A DNA stretch of 63,016 nt, counting the filler, from Globobulimina sp. (taxonomy: Eukaryota): assembly GCA_003354225.1 (NCBI GenBank). It is 50 parts of 50 records of this genome, joined end to end, with 100 filler letters (N's around TTAATTAATTAA, not from the genome) between each part and the next. Parts side by side here need not be neighbours in the genome. Positions count along the whole stretch, not along the records: positions 1 to 1,163 come from PIVH01021925.1; positions 1,264 to 2,426 come from PIVH01021926.1; positions 2,527 to 3,689 come from PIVH01021927.1; positions 3,790 to 4,952 come from PIVH01021928.1; positions 5,053 to 6,215 come from PIVH01021929.1; positions 6,316 to 7,478 come from PIVH01021930.1; positions 7,579 to 8,741 come from PIVH01021931.1; positions 8,842 to 10,004 come from PIVH01021932.1; 42 more parts are not named here. The stretch is one strand, 5' to 3'. Below, piece after piece: positions 1 through 12,756 of the stretch. The translations under genes were made by a program, and so were the position numbers. The notes under the pieces were generated by a model. That model did no database searches. It worked only from the letters and a program-made list of their open reading frames with translations, and was not told the origin of the DNA. Within the stretch, counting starts at the first letter, position 1, and every line of letters starts with the position of its first letter.

Positions 1-1162
1 TTGTTTTATTTATAAATGTTAATAATGTTATTATGCTTTTTGATATTATATTGGTATTCAAATAACGTCGTATTGTTTTATTCATTTTTTTATGATTTGC
101 AATGTGTTTTTTCAATTGTGATAATGATAAAATATTCACCCACGATGACACAGTAAAAATATTCATCATATAATATGGCAAATAATTTGAGAAATATTCA
201 GTACGAAATAAGCCAATCTCTCCATATAAATTATCAATTAATGACTGAATAAATGATATTGATCCATCTAAACAAATGTTCCATACTTCGCGTCGTTCTT
301 CTTCATTGTAATTGACATTTGCAATTATCTCTTTTTTCTTATTATTAGATGGTTTCGCAAATTGTGCTTTTAAAATACAATCCAAAATTGTTTTATTTTC
401 AGTTTTTGCTGTTTTTGTTTTTATTTTATTGTCGTTTTCATTGTCATTATTGTGTTGTTGTGGCAGTTGTGGTATAAAACTTATATTAGTTTCATTTTGT
501 TTTAGTTTCACTAAAGCTGCGTTAATTTCGTCCTTCGTCAAAGGTTTCTTAATGCCAAGTGCTGTACAGTTGGGACAATAATATTTTATGGATGAATATC
601 TCAAGGCATTATATCTGACATCTGCCAAACCACTGCATTTAAAATGAATCCATTCAAAACATAATGGATGATTCGATGAACATTTAATATAATTTTGAGT
701 GTTGTCATATGACTCTCCGCAACAATATACAGTATTATTTGCTTTATAATTTAATTGTTCACATATTTCTGTACGCAAATTATCTAAAATGTCAGTAACA
801 TCACCAAAATCTGATAAATTTATGTTATTTTCTTTTATAAATTGATAATTATTCAGATCGTTTCCATATAAATTAAATTTCTTCAGTTCTTCTTCAAATT
901 TGGATAATAATGGAAACAAATTAGCATCCAATGTATTCACAAATGATTTCATATTCTCTTTCAATTCGCTTTGCAATGTTTTTAACTCAGCTTCTAAACT
1001 TATAAAGATTTGCAACTTCGACCATGGGAAACTAACAATATTTTGTGATGCTAAATGGCGAATTTTAATGTATTTAAATATATCATGATTGGTAATAATA
1101 CTATAATTAAATGGCATTGATGTGGCAATATTAAAACATAATTGATTGTCCACTGACCAATC
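1..1162 (-). CDS. PHD finger protein, internal fragment; frame open across the whole contig and absent from the ORF track
   Basis: Manual translation gives VYCCGESYDNTQNYIKC...CFEWIHFKC...YYCPNC (C4HC3 pattern, about 565-730); no stop in frame. Confidence 0.8.
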
Positions 1163-1163
1163 A

Positions 1164-1263
1164 NNNNNNNNNNNNNNNNNNNNNNNNNNNNNNNNNNNNN
1201 NNNNNNNTTAATTAATTAANNNNNNNNNNNNNNNNNNNNNNNNNNNNNNNNNNNNNNNNNNNN
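1164..1263. other. Artificial contig spacer (44 N + TTAATTAATTAA + 44 N); first of 49, recurring every 1261-1263 bp
   Basis: Identical 100-bp linker with stop codons on both strands between all contigs; contig lengths descend 1163, 1162, 1161. Confidence 0.99.
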
Positions 1264-2426
1264 GTGTCCAAGGCCTATGATGAGCGTCTTCTCTTTGAGA
1301 ACATGTCATTTGATCCACGCGTAGGAAGCTATGGTGAACCAAATGAACACGGAGCATGGTTTCCCGTCGATGAAAATGCATATCCCGGCTGCGAATCGCA
1401 TGATGGCGGTGGCTTTGCATTGGGTTTTTTCTCTGCAATCTCCATTGAAGCCAGTGATGTATCATTAGACTTACAAGGCTATGAAATCGCGATGGGTTTA
1501 TCATTCTATTTACAACAACGATGGTTTAATGTGATTCAAATACAGACCGCAGCATTCAATTTTGGCCAAGGACCTGCTAATTTCGGTCAAACCATTGATA
1601 AAATAAAAAATATTCACATTGCAAACGGTATGTTGTCTTTCCCCAATAATTTGCCTCCAAATCAATTGCAAAAAATGAACAAAGGGATCTTAGGTCGATC
1701 GAGTCATAACGGACTGCATGCATTTGATGTCGAAAATGTCTACATTTCAGATTTAGCCGTTCATAATTTTGAAGTGGCGGGCTTACAATTTAATGGTTTC
1801 CACCATGTCGAGATAAGCAATGTAAACATAGGTCCTTCCTCCACGGAAGTACCATTTTTAGCGTATTACAGCCATGGTCGATTTAGTTTAAATGGCTTTG
1901 AATTAATTGCTGAAAAAGACGCAAAATATATCCGCTTTAAAGGTGGTCGGGAGCTCACTTTGCAGCAAATCGAAGAGAATCTACGCACTTCGTTAGATAT
2001 CGCGTATAGATTTAAAATGGATGTATTAACAGATGAGGACAGAGGACATCCATTGTATGAGATATCCATCGCAATGTATGACAATAAATTTGGTGTCGCA
2101 GACGGTTCGGCGCAATATGGTTTGTACTGCATTTAAAATATAACTATACGCGGACTGTTGTACCAAAATTCTAAATTATAATATAAGGAATGGTATTTAA
2201 TTCGGCTGGTGTGGCGGTACAAGGTTTTGGTGACAGTGAGAATATAAATTCAGCACAAGGCGATACATTGAATATAGAAAATGTAAACATTGCCGGTTTG
2301 CATTTAAACACGAATGAGATTCCAGCTCTGTATTTGGACCGCTGTGAAGGACATTATTTCAACGAAGATGGCAGTGTTTCATTAACACCAATTTTAGGTC
2401 GATTTGGCGACTTATTCGACATTCGA
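1264..2426 (+). CDS. Uncharacterised protein, probable right-handed beta-helix; introns 1628-1684 and 2120-2187
   Basis: Repeating NVxIxNLxV-type strands (ENVYISDLAVHNFEVAGLQFNGFHHVEISNVNIG); the second GT-AG intron joins the two ORFs in frame. Confidence 0.6.
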
Positions 2427-3920
2427 NNNNNNNNNNNNNNNNNNNNNNNNNNNNNNNNNNNNNNNNNNNNTTAATTAATTAANNNNNNNNNNNNNNNNNN
2501 NNNNNNNNNNNNNNNNNNNNNNNNNNAACATACCAAATTACGGGAAAAAATAACAGTGGATTCACAGCTTAATTCCATATCTCTATAATTATATAAGCTA
2601 TAAAATACATCTTGTCTCCGATTAACGCATTTGTTGACTGTATAGAATGCAATAAAAAATAGTTAATTTGAGTGATGAGAAAATGCAGGAAATTTCTATG
2701 AAACACTGCATGTTCAAATTTGCAATAAATCAGAGTTAAAATTGTTAAAATTGTTTCATTATAAATCAATCGGACAGAGTGGTAAAATAATCATCTTTTT
2801 AGGCAAACAATGGTAAATTAATAGAATTGTTTTTAAACATACGCTGATTAGTCATAACGTGTATTGATTGAACCATAAACTGTATATTATGCAAAGTAAG
2901 CAAATTAAATGTTGATAAAAGCAAACAAATTAAATGAAAAAATGACTGTTTAATTGTTACTGATATGAGACCAATAATAATTGTCTTAACAGTCATTTAG
3001 TAATAATGTAACGTGACATCTAGGATTGAATAAATCTATCAATATTCAGATAACAATCGCTGTGTTAGATCCTCCGAATTAATCACGTATTAATTGAATA
3101 TAAACACAACACATACCACTGGCTACCAACACTTACAATTACCACTACCACACTGACACTGTGTATAATGCATCAATAATAAAAATAGGATAGATTTCAT
3201 TAAGAATGAAAGAATCAATTTTAAGGGATATGTGGTTGTTATTCAGTAATTTTTTAATGTTTGGAAATTGCATCAATTTTAGTCAGACGAACGTGACCGA
3301 AAACAGAATATCATCATTAGTCCAATTGCAATAAAAATACTGTACACCAAATCTTAACTTTTTGTAAGCGAATATTCAAAGGATTCAGTTCGTTTCTTTT
3401 TCTTTTCTTATTAATTGATGCTGTTTGACACAAACAAAACACTTAAATTAGTGTTAATTAACACAAAGAGGAATACAAAAGGGAATTAAATGTAGAATAA
3501 GTAATAAGTCATCATTACAACTTTGACAACATTATATTTTATTATCTGTATTGACAAATCACCACCGATTCAATGTTAAATATCGCGTTGGTCGCAAATC
3601 GCAATGACACATTAATAAGTCACCACAAGCTATATGTACAACGCTATCAGACATTTTTCAAATAATTTAATACCTTTTTTTTAATTGCCNNNNNNNNNNN
3701 NNNNNNNNNNNNNNNNNNNNNNNNNNNNNNNNNTTAATTAATTAANNNNNNNNNNNNNNNNNNNNNNNNNNNNNNNNNNNNNNNNNNNNGTTGTGGTTCT
3801 GATGTTCATCATTGTCTCGCTTTCGTTTTTTTGCTTTTCGAGAAGAGTCTGCCATGCTTTGTATTAAAGTTTTTTGAATTTTTCAAAAACAAGTGCCGTA
3901 AAAAGACGTATAAATTGAAC

Positions 3921-3977
3921 AATAATACACAGAGTACAATTGTTGATTTTTTTTAATAATACACAGAGTACAATTGT
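3921..3977 (+). repeat. 23-bp perfect direct repeat (AATAATACACAGAGTACAATTGT x2) just upstream of the ATG at 3984
   Basis: Copies at 3921-3943 and 3955-3977. Confidence 0.9.
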
Positions 3978-3983
3978 AAACAA

Positions 3984-4952
3984 ATGGCACTGTATTCTTT
4001 CCGGTTGGATAACGAAGATGTGAAGCCAGACGAAACTATCAGTTGCATTCTGGCACTCATTTTGTATCCAATTTCAATATGGCTGAGTTGCCTTATATTT
4101 AAACGTCAACATCGTTCCAAAAAAGATTCTAAACCACTCATTATTATCACAGCATGCATTACATCATTATTATTTTTTTTCGTGGCTGAAATCTATTGGA
4201 TTTGCAAATATCTATCAAAGTTTTCATTTATTTCATGGTTTTTATCCAAACTTTTATTCAAAATGTACCAAATCCATATAATCAAACATTGGTACTCGAG
4301 CTCTCGATATGATATAATTGAAAATCATATATTCAACGCATTATATGCTCTGTCTATCATACTCATCATATTTAGCATCATATCCGTATGGTTTATGTAT
4401 GATATTTTACAGTTAGGATACAAAGGATGTGAATTGATACAAAATAATCATTCAATTCTCTGGATAAAGGGTACAAACTATGTCTACCTATCCCTGTATT
4501 ATTTGATGACTTTCATTATTTGCATATTCATATTTATACTATGCAAGAAAATAAAACCAAATCAAAATGGATATATACGTAAATTTACTATAATATTGCT
4601 ACTGGAAGAGATTACATACATTGCTGTATATTCTGTCATTTATTGTATTCAATATGTGACAGTCCAATCAATTTCATTTAAATATGCTGAAAAGTTTGAA
4701 TCAATGCCATTTTGCTTTTTATGTGCCACTGTCATAGATCTTATCTCCCGATCCATGCTAACATACTTTCTCAACAATAATGTTGATTATTCTCTGCTGC
4801 AATGCATTAAAAAGTGGTCCAAGACACTCATTTGCTGTCTTCTTTTGTGTGTGTTCTGCATCATTATGCATCGTTATCTGTATATTTATCGCAGTCCATT
4901 GTATGCAAAACCTGACCATATTGATGGCGATAATGAATATTTGCGATCTCTG
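3984..4952 (+). CDS. Multi-pass membrane protein, 7TM/GPCR-like, 3' partial
   Basis: Seven or eight hydrophobic segments with an extracellular Cys; intronless. Confidence 0.55.
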
Positions 4953-5052
4953 NNNNNNNNNNNNNNNNNNNNNNNNNNNNNNNNNNNNNNNNNNNNTTAA
5001 TTAATTAANNNNNNNNNNNNNNNNNNNNNNNNNNNNNNNNNNNNNNNNNNNN

Positions 5053-6215
5053 GTATCGTCGTCCAAATACACAAAAACAAGATCGTCGTAATGCTGTCCT
5101 TTGATCCACGACGGATTGACACCGGCTAAAAAAGGCACGGGAGAGTGCAAAAAATCCAATAATTTGCTGGGTAACAGCGGCATGTATACGCCTTGAATGG
5201 CGAAGGGGAACAACAACGAAGATATACACTCCGCGGCTTCCAATAATAAGTGCAAATGGTGCGATATTAACACCGTTTTCTGTTCTTGCAACAGCGCGTT
5301 AAACAGTGTCAACACATTGCCAACGGATAGACATTTGAACAAATTCAAGCCATTCACGTGCAAAAACGGCAGCGCGTTGGGCGGATTTCGACGGAGTGTG
5401 ATGGACACGTCGCCCACTACGAATTGCACGGCAGTTTTGCCCATCGGCGGCACGGGGACTTCGTGCATGAAATTCATCAAATATCGCTCAACTTAGTCGT
5501 GTTATATAGGTCAATAAGTGCAAGGATGTGCATTATGGGTTGGGTACGTACCTGGAATGGGAGAGGACGGCGTCTTTGTAACGCGATATATAGTTTGCAG
5601 AAACGTAGAAAACTGCGCAAAGAAAGGCCAATGCGACAATAAACAGATGGCTTTGGGTGCGTATACTGCGCCGGGCATAGTAGTGATTTCGTTGTGGTCG
5701 CATTGCTTGCGGAACGTATTCAGAGTTTCGCACATATTCAAGATGTCCATCGGGGATATCCGTTCCCAGAACACCAGGCACACTCCGTATTGCTTGGCGC
5801 CTTCGGCGTCGGTTAAGACAAAGGCACGCTTTTGAGGCACATTCATTTGGTCGGAGACGCACAGACTTTCAGGGAATATAAAGTCAAAGACACGGCCGGG
5901 TAATGGCACAGACTCGTAATCAGTTTCTGGATAGCGATAACTGACACATTTTGTGAATTCGACGGCAAAGATGGACTCTGGCATTACGAATCTTTTTGGT
6001 TGGTGGGGCTGTGATTTCCCATTGTTGCCATCGTTGGGGTTTGGCTTTGGTATTTGAGGTAAGATCATGTTGTGTTTGGTCACAATCAAGAAATAATGTG
6101 CTAAGCGTTTGGCAGATTCAGCCTTTTCGTTCGTTTTTTGTGGCTGTGTATATAGCTTTAGTTCGTATTTGTTTTTTATAAATTTCTCGCGATCGTCGGC
6201 AGAGGTTTGTGGATT
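5053..6215 (-). CDS. DENN-domain Rab GEF (uDENN + cDENN), fragment; intron 5492-5551
   Basis: RYPETD..LP..F.FP, FVLTDAEGAKQYGVCL, YAPKAICLLSHWPFF, LLQEQKTVLISHH, YMPLLP..LLDFLHSPVPFLAG. Confidence 0.92.
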
Positions 6216-6315
6216 NNNNNNNNNNNNNNNNNNNNNNNNNNNNNNNNNNNNNNNNNNNNTTAATTAATTAANNNNNNNNNNNNNNNNNNNNNNNNNNNNN
6301 NNNNNNNNNNNNNNN

Positions 6316-6728
6316 CGTTTGATATGTTGTTTGCGTTGTTGTGTATGTTTTTTCCTCTCATTGTTGAAAGTTTCAATATGGATATTGTCAGTATTAGTTT
6401 TATTGCAATTATCTGTGTCGTCTGGATCTGCGTTGGTGTCCTCAATGAGATCTCGTTCTGGACTCTCCATCCAAACGCTGATGGTTACTTTCATGTTTCT
6501 TCGTTTTTCGGCTCGTTGCAGGAATTCTTGTTCACTGAGTTTTTGATAGCGAGGTCGAGGTCGATAGGATGTTGGCTTTGATAGTTCATTTCTTAAATGT
6601 TTGATTTCATTTAAACGATGAGACATTTTAGTTTTATCATAGTTGTTTCTTTTGTGATGATATGGAGATCGAGAGCGTGATCGTGAGCGGTGGCGTCGAC
6701 CTTTGTATGCGTCATTTCGTCTGTCCAT
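6316..6728 (-). CDS. RS-rich nuclear protein N-terminus, possibly NKAP-like
   Basis: RSRSRSRSP followed by EFLQRAEKRR...VWMESPER, then an acidic/basic tract. Confidence 0.45.
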
Positions 6729-6930
6729 ATTGTAAAATAGTTAATATCCTTACACCAAAACAATATTTACAGGAGCCATGTTCTTTGAGTTTTTTCTTAT
6801 TCTTTTTTTTTAATCTACTGTCGGTTTGAAATTTATGGACCATTTATGTGTGATTGATGTTTAGCAGCAAGTAGCGATATAACTATACAAAAAAGAAAAT
6901 GTAATTATGTTTATTGTACCGATTGAAGGC

Positions 6931-7310
6931 TTAGCGGATGAAAGTTATCTTTATTTGACCATGCATTTGAGCTCTATTTGTATCCTTTCCATTGACATTA
7001 CGTTGATTCAAACCAATATTATATGATCCTCCACCTCCTCCAGCATAATAATTCGCTTTTGTTGCAACGCCTCCTCCAGAATAACCACCACCTCCTCCAC
7101 CTTCATTATAACTACCAATTCCATATCCAGTACCACCGCCACCACCAAATCCGCCATCTCCCCTATATGAATCATCCTTTCCTTTACTGCCTGACGCATC
7201 TAAACCATCAATGATTGAATGCCATCCTCTCCCACCAACACCGGTTCCTTTTCCCTTCCCATTACCACCATCAACACCTTTATTATTACCTTTATCTCTT
7301 GCATCTGTAC
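6931..7310 (-). CDS. Terminal exon encoding an ALK/LTK-type glycine-rich domain; absent from the ORF track
   Basis: Manual translation GDGGFGGGGG...GGGGGGYSGGG...AGGGGGSYNIG...HGQIKITFIR*; upstream exon not resolved. Confidence 0.7.
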
Positions 7311-7580
7311 CATTGTTTTACTGTGATTTCGTTTGTGGACAAAAAAGATAAATTCATTGTTTATATTAATTTATTATAATATTCCCATTCTAATATATCA
7401 TATACATTGATATATTTAGAATCCTCCAAATCGTCAATAAACAAAACAAATCCTTATCTCCTTATTATTGTCCAACCCNNNNNNNNNNNNNNNNNNNNNN
7501 NNNNNNNNNNNNNNNNNNNNNNTTAATTAATTAANNNNNNNNNNNNNNNNNNNNNNNNNNNNNNNNNNNNNNNNNNNNCA

Positions 7581-8741
7581 ACTCCAATATCCAATGAAGA
7601 CTTTAAACAATTAAAAACAGAGAAATATAAATCAGAATTCGATAATTATAAATTAATTCAGTCATTCGATTTTATTGATTACTTAGATTCATTATTAACA
7701 AATAAAAAAAACAAAATAATTAACTTAAACTTAACCCATTCTCAGGATGAAATTAATAATGCCGATAAAGATGATTTTAAACATCCAAATTACAACGGAT
7801 TCTCACATTCTTTTGGTAATGAATTCTCTTTCGAACAAACGACAATATCAAATTTGCCAGATCTAAGTCAATATGCCAATGGTGACAAAAATAAAAATAA
7901 AAATAATCCATCAAATATTAATACACAAACAAGACAAATTAATTCCGAGTCTTCAAATCTATCGTCAGCAACAACTACAAATCCATCACAATCTCATCCA
8001 TCATCGAACACTTCCGATATTCACTCCCCTTCCTTCCCTATATTCACCACAAAGGATATTACAAATAAAACCAATTTCGAAAATTTTTGTGATGCCATAA
8101 TTGGTGAAACATTAAATTTATTATCAAATGATTCAGATATATATAGACAAAGATTATTAGTTGCAATTTTAGCGAATATCTATTTGTTTAATTTCAGCAC
8201 ATCAATGCCCACCGCCTCTCCTATAATTAAGCATATTGCGGTTATTGCAAAAACTAAAAATTTATTAATTTTATGCAAGAATATGAATAAACAATTACCT
8301 GTTGTTAGAAATCAATTATTTAAAACAGGAATAACTGATAAAAATGGCACAATAATTAATTTAAGGAAATACAAATTAGTCCTTAAACATCGCAAAATCC
8401 CTCATTTAATTATCTCAAAATATTCTCCCAAATCGCGTGTAAGACAAAAACCTGATGATTGCACTCCGTTATTTGACAATTTATTCCAACCCGATATGAG
8501 AAGGCAAAGAATGTCGACTCCGCTAACCGTAGCATTGAATAATAATCGTTTAACACAAAATGATATAAATAATATGAATAATCAAATTAATACAACAATT
8601 AACAATAAATTCGATTTATTAAAAAGAGCTTTAGATCGCCAAGAATATGCTAAAAAGCCGGCGTTTGAATGGAATGAACATAAATCCAATCAAAATCAAT
8701 TAATTTCCATAAATACAAATGATATGATTGCCGATGTAATT
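7581..8741 (+). CDS. Uncharacterised Asn/Ser-rich protein, internal fragment
   Basis: Frame open across the entire contig; no recognisable motif. Confidence 0.6.
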
Positions 8742-8841
8742 NNNNNNNNNNNNNNNNNNNNNNNNNNNNNNNNNNNNNNNNNNNNTTAATTAATTAANNN
8801 NNNNNNNNNNNNNNNNNNNNNNNNNNNNNNNNNNNNNNNNN

Positions 8842-9819
8842 TGTTATATTTGTGTTTGAAATGTCATTATTTGCCACATATAAATCAAGTGGAACTGATT
8901 TAAAATTGCATGGAAATTCTCCAGAAATATTGTTTCCAAAAACGTCAAATATTTGTGTTGCATATATTGTATTAAAAGTATTTTCATCCTTTCTGTTTCG
9001 CCAAATGAATGAGAAATTATTGACAGATGATCTCATACTGAACTTTGAAAATCTTACTTTCTCAAAAAATGTATAAAAGCTCGCATCTGTGTCATTACGT
9101 AAATAGATGTTTAAAAAACTAAAATTCGCAGCGATCGCTGGTTTATCTCTCAATGCAGCAGAATCAGTTAAATTTAAATGTGTTATATTTAGTGTTAATT
9201 GTTTGTTTTGTTGAAAATCGATATATTTCAGTTGTGTATATTGAAATACATTATATACCTCGGTACCGATGAAATCATTGTTTGCCATATAAAAACGCTG
9301 TAATTTTGAAAATAAATTATAACTGTTAAAATATGATGGTATGGTACCAGTCAATGTATTATGACTCATATCCAATGTTCTTAAATCGTCCATGTCTCTA
9401 AATCTTAAGGGTAGGGTACCAGTTAACGAACAATTTCGTAAATTAATTGTTTCGATTTTTGCTGTGGTCTGAGTGAGTTCACAAGAATCTGAGAAACCAT
9501 GTAAAGCGCCACAAGTTGAGTTGGTATCACCTTCAGAATATGTATACTTTTTTGTTATTGCTTGGCAACATAAGAAATCCCATGGTTGTGAGGGTGAGGG
9601 AGTAGAAGATTCTGTGGGCGATGCTGTAGGTGATTGTGTGGGACTATAGCTTGGAGCAACAGATGGATCTGTTGTTGGTATTGATGTGATTGCGCCAATA
9701 TTCTTCATTGGTCGTGGTGGAATGGGGTTGCATTCTGCCGGTAACTGGAATGAATTACATATTGATATTAACAATAAAAAAGCGCATCGAACAGCAACAG
9801 ACATTGTCGAAACGTACAA
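8842..9819 (-). CDS. Secreted or receptor-like LRR protein with a Ser/Pro/Thr stalk, 3' partial
   Basis: Signal peptide, SPT repeats, plant-type LRRs (INLRNCSLTGTLP, LDMSHNTLTGTIP, FGNNISGEFP). Confidence 0.85.
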
Positions 9820-10131
9820 AAAAAACTTGCTAGTTAGTTACTACACTTGACTACAGGCCGGAGAGTGATTTGGCAATTATCGAACATTTTTGGCCAAGTT
9901 CTGTATGCTCTGATGACTATAATTATTATGATGCATTACCATAAAATAATGTGTTAAATGAAGAGATTGTAAACAAAAACAATGAATTGCTTTCTGTCGA
10001 TGCANNNNNNNNNNNNNNNNNNNNNNNNNNNNNNNNNNNNNNNNNNNNTTAATTAATTAANNNNNNNNNNNNNNNNNNNNNNNNNNNNNNNNNNNNNNNN
10101 NNNNCTCTAAAAATAATTTTTTTCAGATTGG

Positions 10132-10250
10132 TTGACTCAAACATATGTGTAATCACTTTATGACTAAATGGTTCCCGGAATAATCCTAACCTAAACTGTA
10201 TTTTTTTTCTTGATTGATTGACTCAAACATATGTGTAATCACTTTATGAC
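10132..10250 (+). repeat. 33-bp perfect direct repeat x2
   Basis: TTGACTCAAACATATGTGTAATCACTTTATGAC at 10132-10164 and 10218-10250. Confidence 0.9.
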
Positions 10251-10376
10251 GTTCAGAACACACACCACACAAAAGAGCAGACAGAACACACCCCAGACAA
10301 GAGCAGACAGAGCACATTTGACAATTTTGCGATCGAAAATGTTTTTAAATAAAATAAACTAAAAATGATCCATTCC

Positions 10377-10867
10377 TCAACAGTTTATAGCATCTGTTGC
10401 AAGAACTTTTCCACAATTTGAGCAAGAATGTCTGTGATCATACGAACAGTCAAAGCATGGAACACAACACCACAGAAAGGATATATGACTATATGTGTGA
10501 AAACACATAAACCACCACATAACGCCCAGAATTTATCTCCCTCCACTTTCTTAACCCGGGTTGCTGCCGTCTATAAATTAAATATCAACGCAACGACATA
10601 TTAAACAGTTTATTCTAATTAAATATCATGATCAGATTACTTAACTGTATGACAATATGGACATGTTGCAAAACATGATTCTGTCCCACTCGGTGGCACT
10701 GCGATAACTTGTTGAACAATTACTGGTTGTTGACTCATTACTGGTTGTTGACTCATTACTGGCTGTTGTCTCATTACTGGCTGTTGCATCACTGGTTGCT
10801 GCATCACTGGATATTGTTGAGTCGAAAATTGTGGTTGCGGTACTTGTGGATATGTTTGCCCTTCCAT
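10377..10867 (-). CDS. LITAF-domain protein with QQPVM repeats; one intron plus a frame discontinuity near 10480-10525
   Basis: P/Q-rich N-terminus, CPYC, hydrophobic stretch, then WCCVPCFDCSYDHRHSCSNCGKVL (HxCxxC). Confidence 0.8.
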
Positions 10868-11439
10868 TATAATGTCTGGTTTTATTTCAATAATAACTTA
10901 TTTTTAATTGTCGGCGTTGTGGTTTGTCTAAAATATTGTTGTCGGCGTTGGGAATTGCGAATTGTCGAGAAAATAATTAGATGACTCTCAGCTGCAATAT
11001 ATATTGAATGTATTTGTAGTACTAATTATTTGATGGTAATGTGCCATTTATTTTATTATTTATTAATTGGTTGATGACGTTGATCTGCAATTTCACAATT
11101 GAGCATAACATTCGACCCCATCAATAATACAGCATTCCCTACATTTTAAATCGCATCCAGATCCAGACTCCATTGTTACTGAGGTTCAATACAGTGGCAA
11201 AACGTTACTTGTTTTTTTAAGAATACTAAACGTTGACTTTGAAAATGTAGTGAATACAAGCATTTCGNNNNNNNNNNNNNNNNNNNNNNNNNNNNNNNNN
11301 NNNNNNNNNNNTTAATTAATTAANNNNNNNNNNNNNNNNNNNNNNNNNNNNNNNNNNNNNNNNNNNNGTATAAAGTGTGTTTCTTTACTATACAACTCAT
11401 TCCGAGTGGTATAACTCTGTTTGAACGGTTGCTTTCATC

Positions 11440-11835
11440 ATGTTGCTCGAAAAATACTTTGTCATTATTGCCCTTAAAGATATCATCGAATTTTGGCTTT
11501 CTATTCCCAATAAAAGCGATCCTTTTCACGATTCCAAAGTCTACATGAAACAGTCAGACAGAGCAATGCAAGATATGATGAGTGACAATACATGCATACA
11601 GTTCCCTTCTCGATACTTGGAAATATTGAAAAATTCCCTGAATAAGCCTAACCCAAGGATGGTTTATGATATACCTCCTAATGTACACTTTAGTGTTAAT
11701 GGTCGAAACAGTTATGAACTTAAAACTCCTCATACCCTTATTACAATCTCCGACTTGGACCAATTTAAAGAAGCTGTGGATGAATTGTGCAAAATCTTTA
11801 TAGAACAGTGGCAGTCATATAATAACAGTGAGTAA
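11440..11835 (+). CDS. Hypothetical protein
   Basis: 131-aa ORF of globular composition; no motif recognised. Confidence 0.35.
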   Translation: MLLEKYFVIIALKDIIEFWLSIPNKSDPFHDSKVYMKQSDRAMQDMMSDNTCIQFPSRYLEILKNSLNKPNPRMVYDIPPNVHFSVNGRNSYELKTPHTLITISDLDQFKEAVDELCKIFIEQWQSYNNSE

Positions 11836-11908
11836 CAGAACCCAAATTGTGCAAATATCTTTATAGAAGAGTGGCAGACATACTACAGTGAGTAATAAAG
11901 TCAATATT

Positions 11909-12208
11909 TCAAGCTTCAGGGTTGGGATAGGGATCACCACAAGATTCTGGCAACGATTCATATTCGTCAAGAGGATAGAATGGTGTCGGTGGTCGAATAG
12001 GTCTGCGTCTTTGCTGGCTATATCTGTGTGGTTGTTTTTCCTTGATTGTTGTCACCACAATTTCAAGGCTGTCATGAACTCCACCGAAAAAGTTGCGATC
12101 GCTCTGGTTCACTTTGACATTTACAGAACCATTTGGTGCATTGACTTCCACTTCACTGGGTTTTGAAGTACCATTGAGAAATTGAATGGTGATGCGCTGA
12201 AAAAACAA
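11909..12208 (-). CDS. Hypothetical protein, convergent with the previous ORF
   Basis: 99-aa ORF only. Confidence 0.3.
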   Translation of the reverse strand: MFFQRITIQFLNGTSKPSEVEVNAPNGSVNVKVNQSDRNFFGGVHDSLEIVVTTIKEKQPHRYSQQRRRPIRPPTPFYPLDEYESLPESCGDPYPNPEA

Positions 12209-12756
12209 TAAAACTTACTAATAAACTACCAAACAAATAACTTACAGTGTTTTCAGCCATGTCAAAAATATATTGCAATCAATGATCCAAGTGAAAGTGG
12301 TCAACAAAAGTCAATTGGCGTACCTTTTACCCTGCAGGGTGCCAAGCGAAGCAGGTGGTATCAACAAATTTGAATTTAAATATTGGCCGTCTCTTATTGG
12401 TCAATGACAGTTGGCCTCACAGCAGGGTACGGCGTGGGTTTATGTTGTTTGGCGCAAAAGCATTATTTGCGAAAAGTCATTTAGTATTGTCATGGCTAAT
12501 TCTAAAATTGCAACCAGCTTCTCTGTGGAGNNNNNNNNNNNNNNNNNNNNNNNNNNNNNNNNNNNNNNNNNNNNTTAATTAATTAANNNNNNNNNNNNNN
12601 NNNNNNNNNNNNNNNNNNNNNNNNNNNNNNTATTTCAATTATTCATGTTCTAAAGTATACACTTTTTAGTAGTAAATCTTGCAGGCAGTTCAGGCGGCAA
12701 ATTATATTAAGTACAATAAACAAAAACTTTTTGATTCACCAACAAAAACACTATGC

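Noticed and set aside
2527..3689. Short ORFs in contig 3
   Set aside because: AT-rich, no motif or consistent exon structure; treated as non-coding
7008..7214. His/Leu-rich and Val/Glu-rich ORFs in the track
   Set aside because: Shadow frames of the glycine-rich exon
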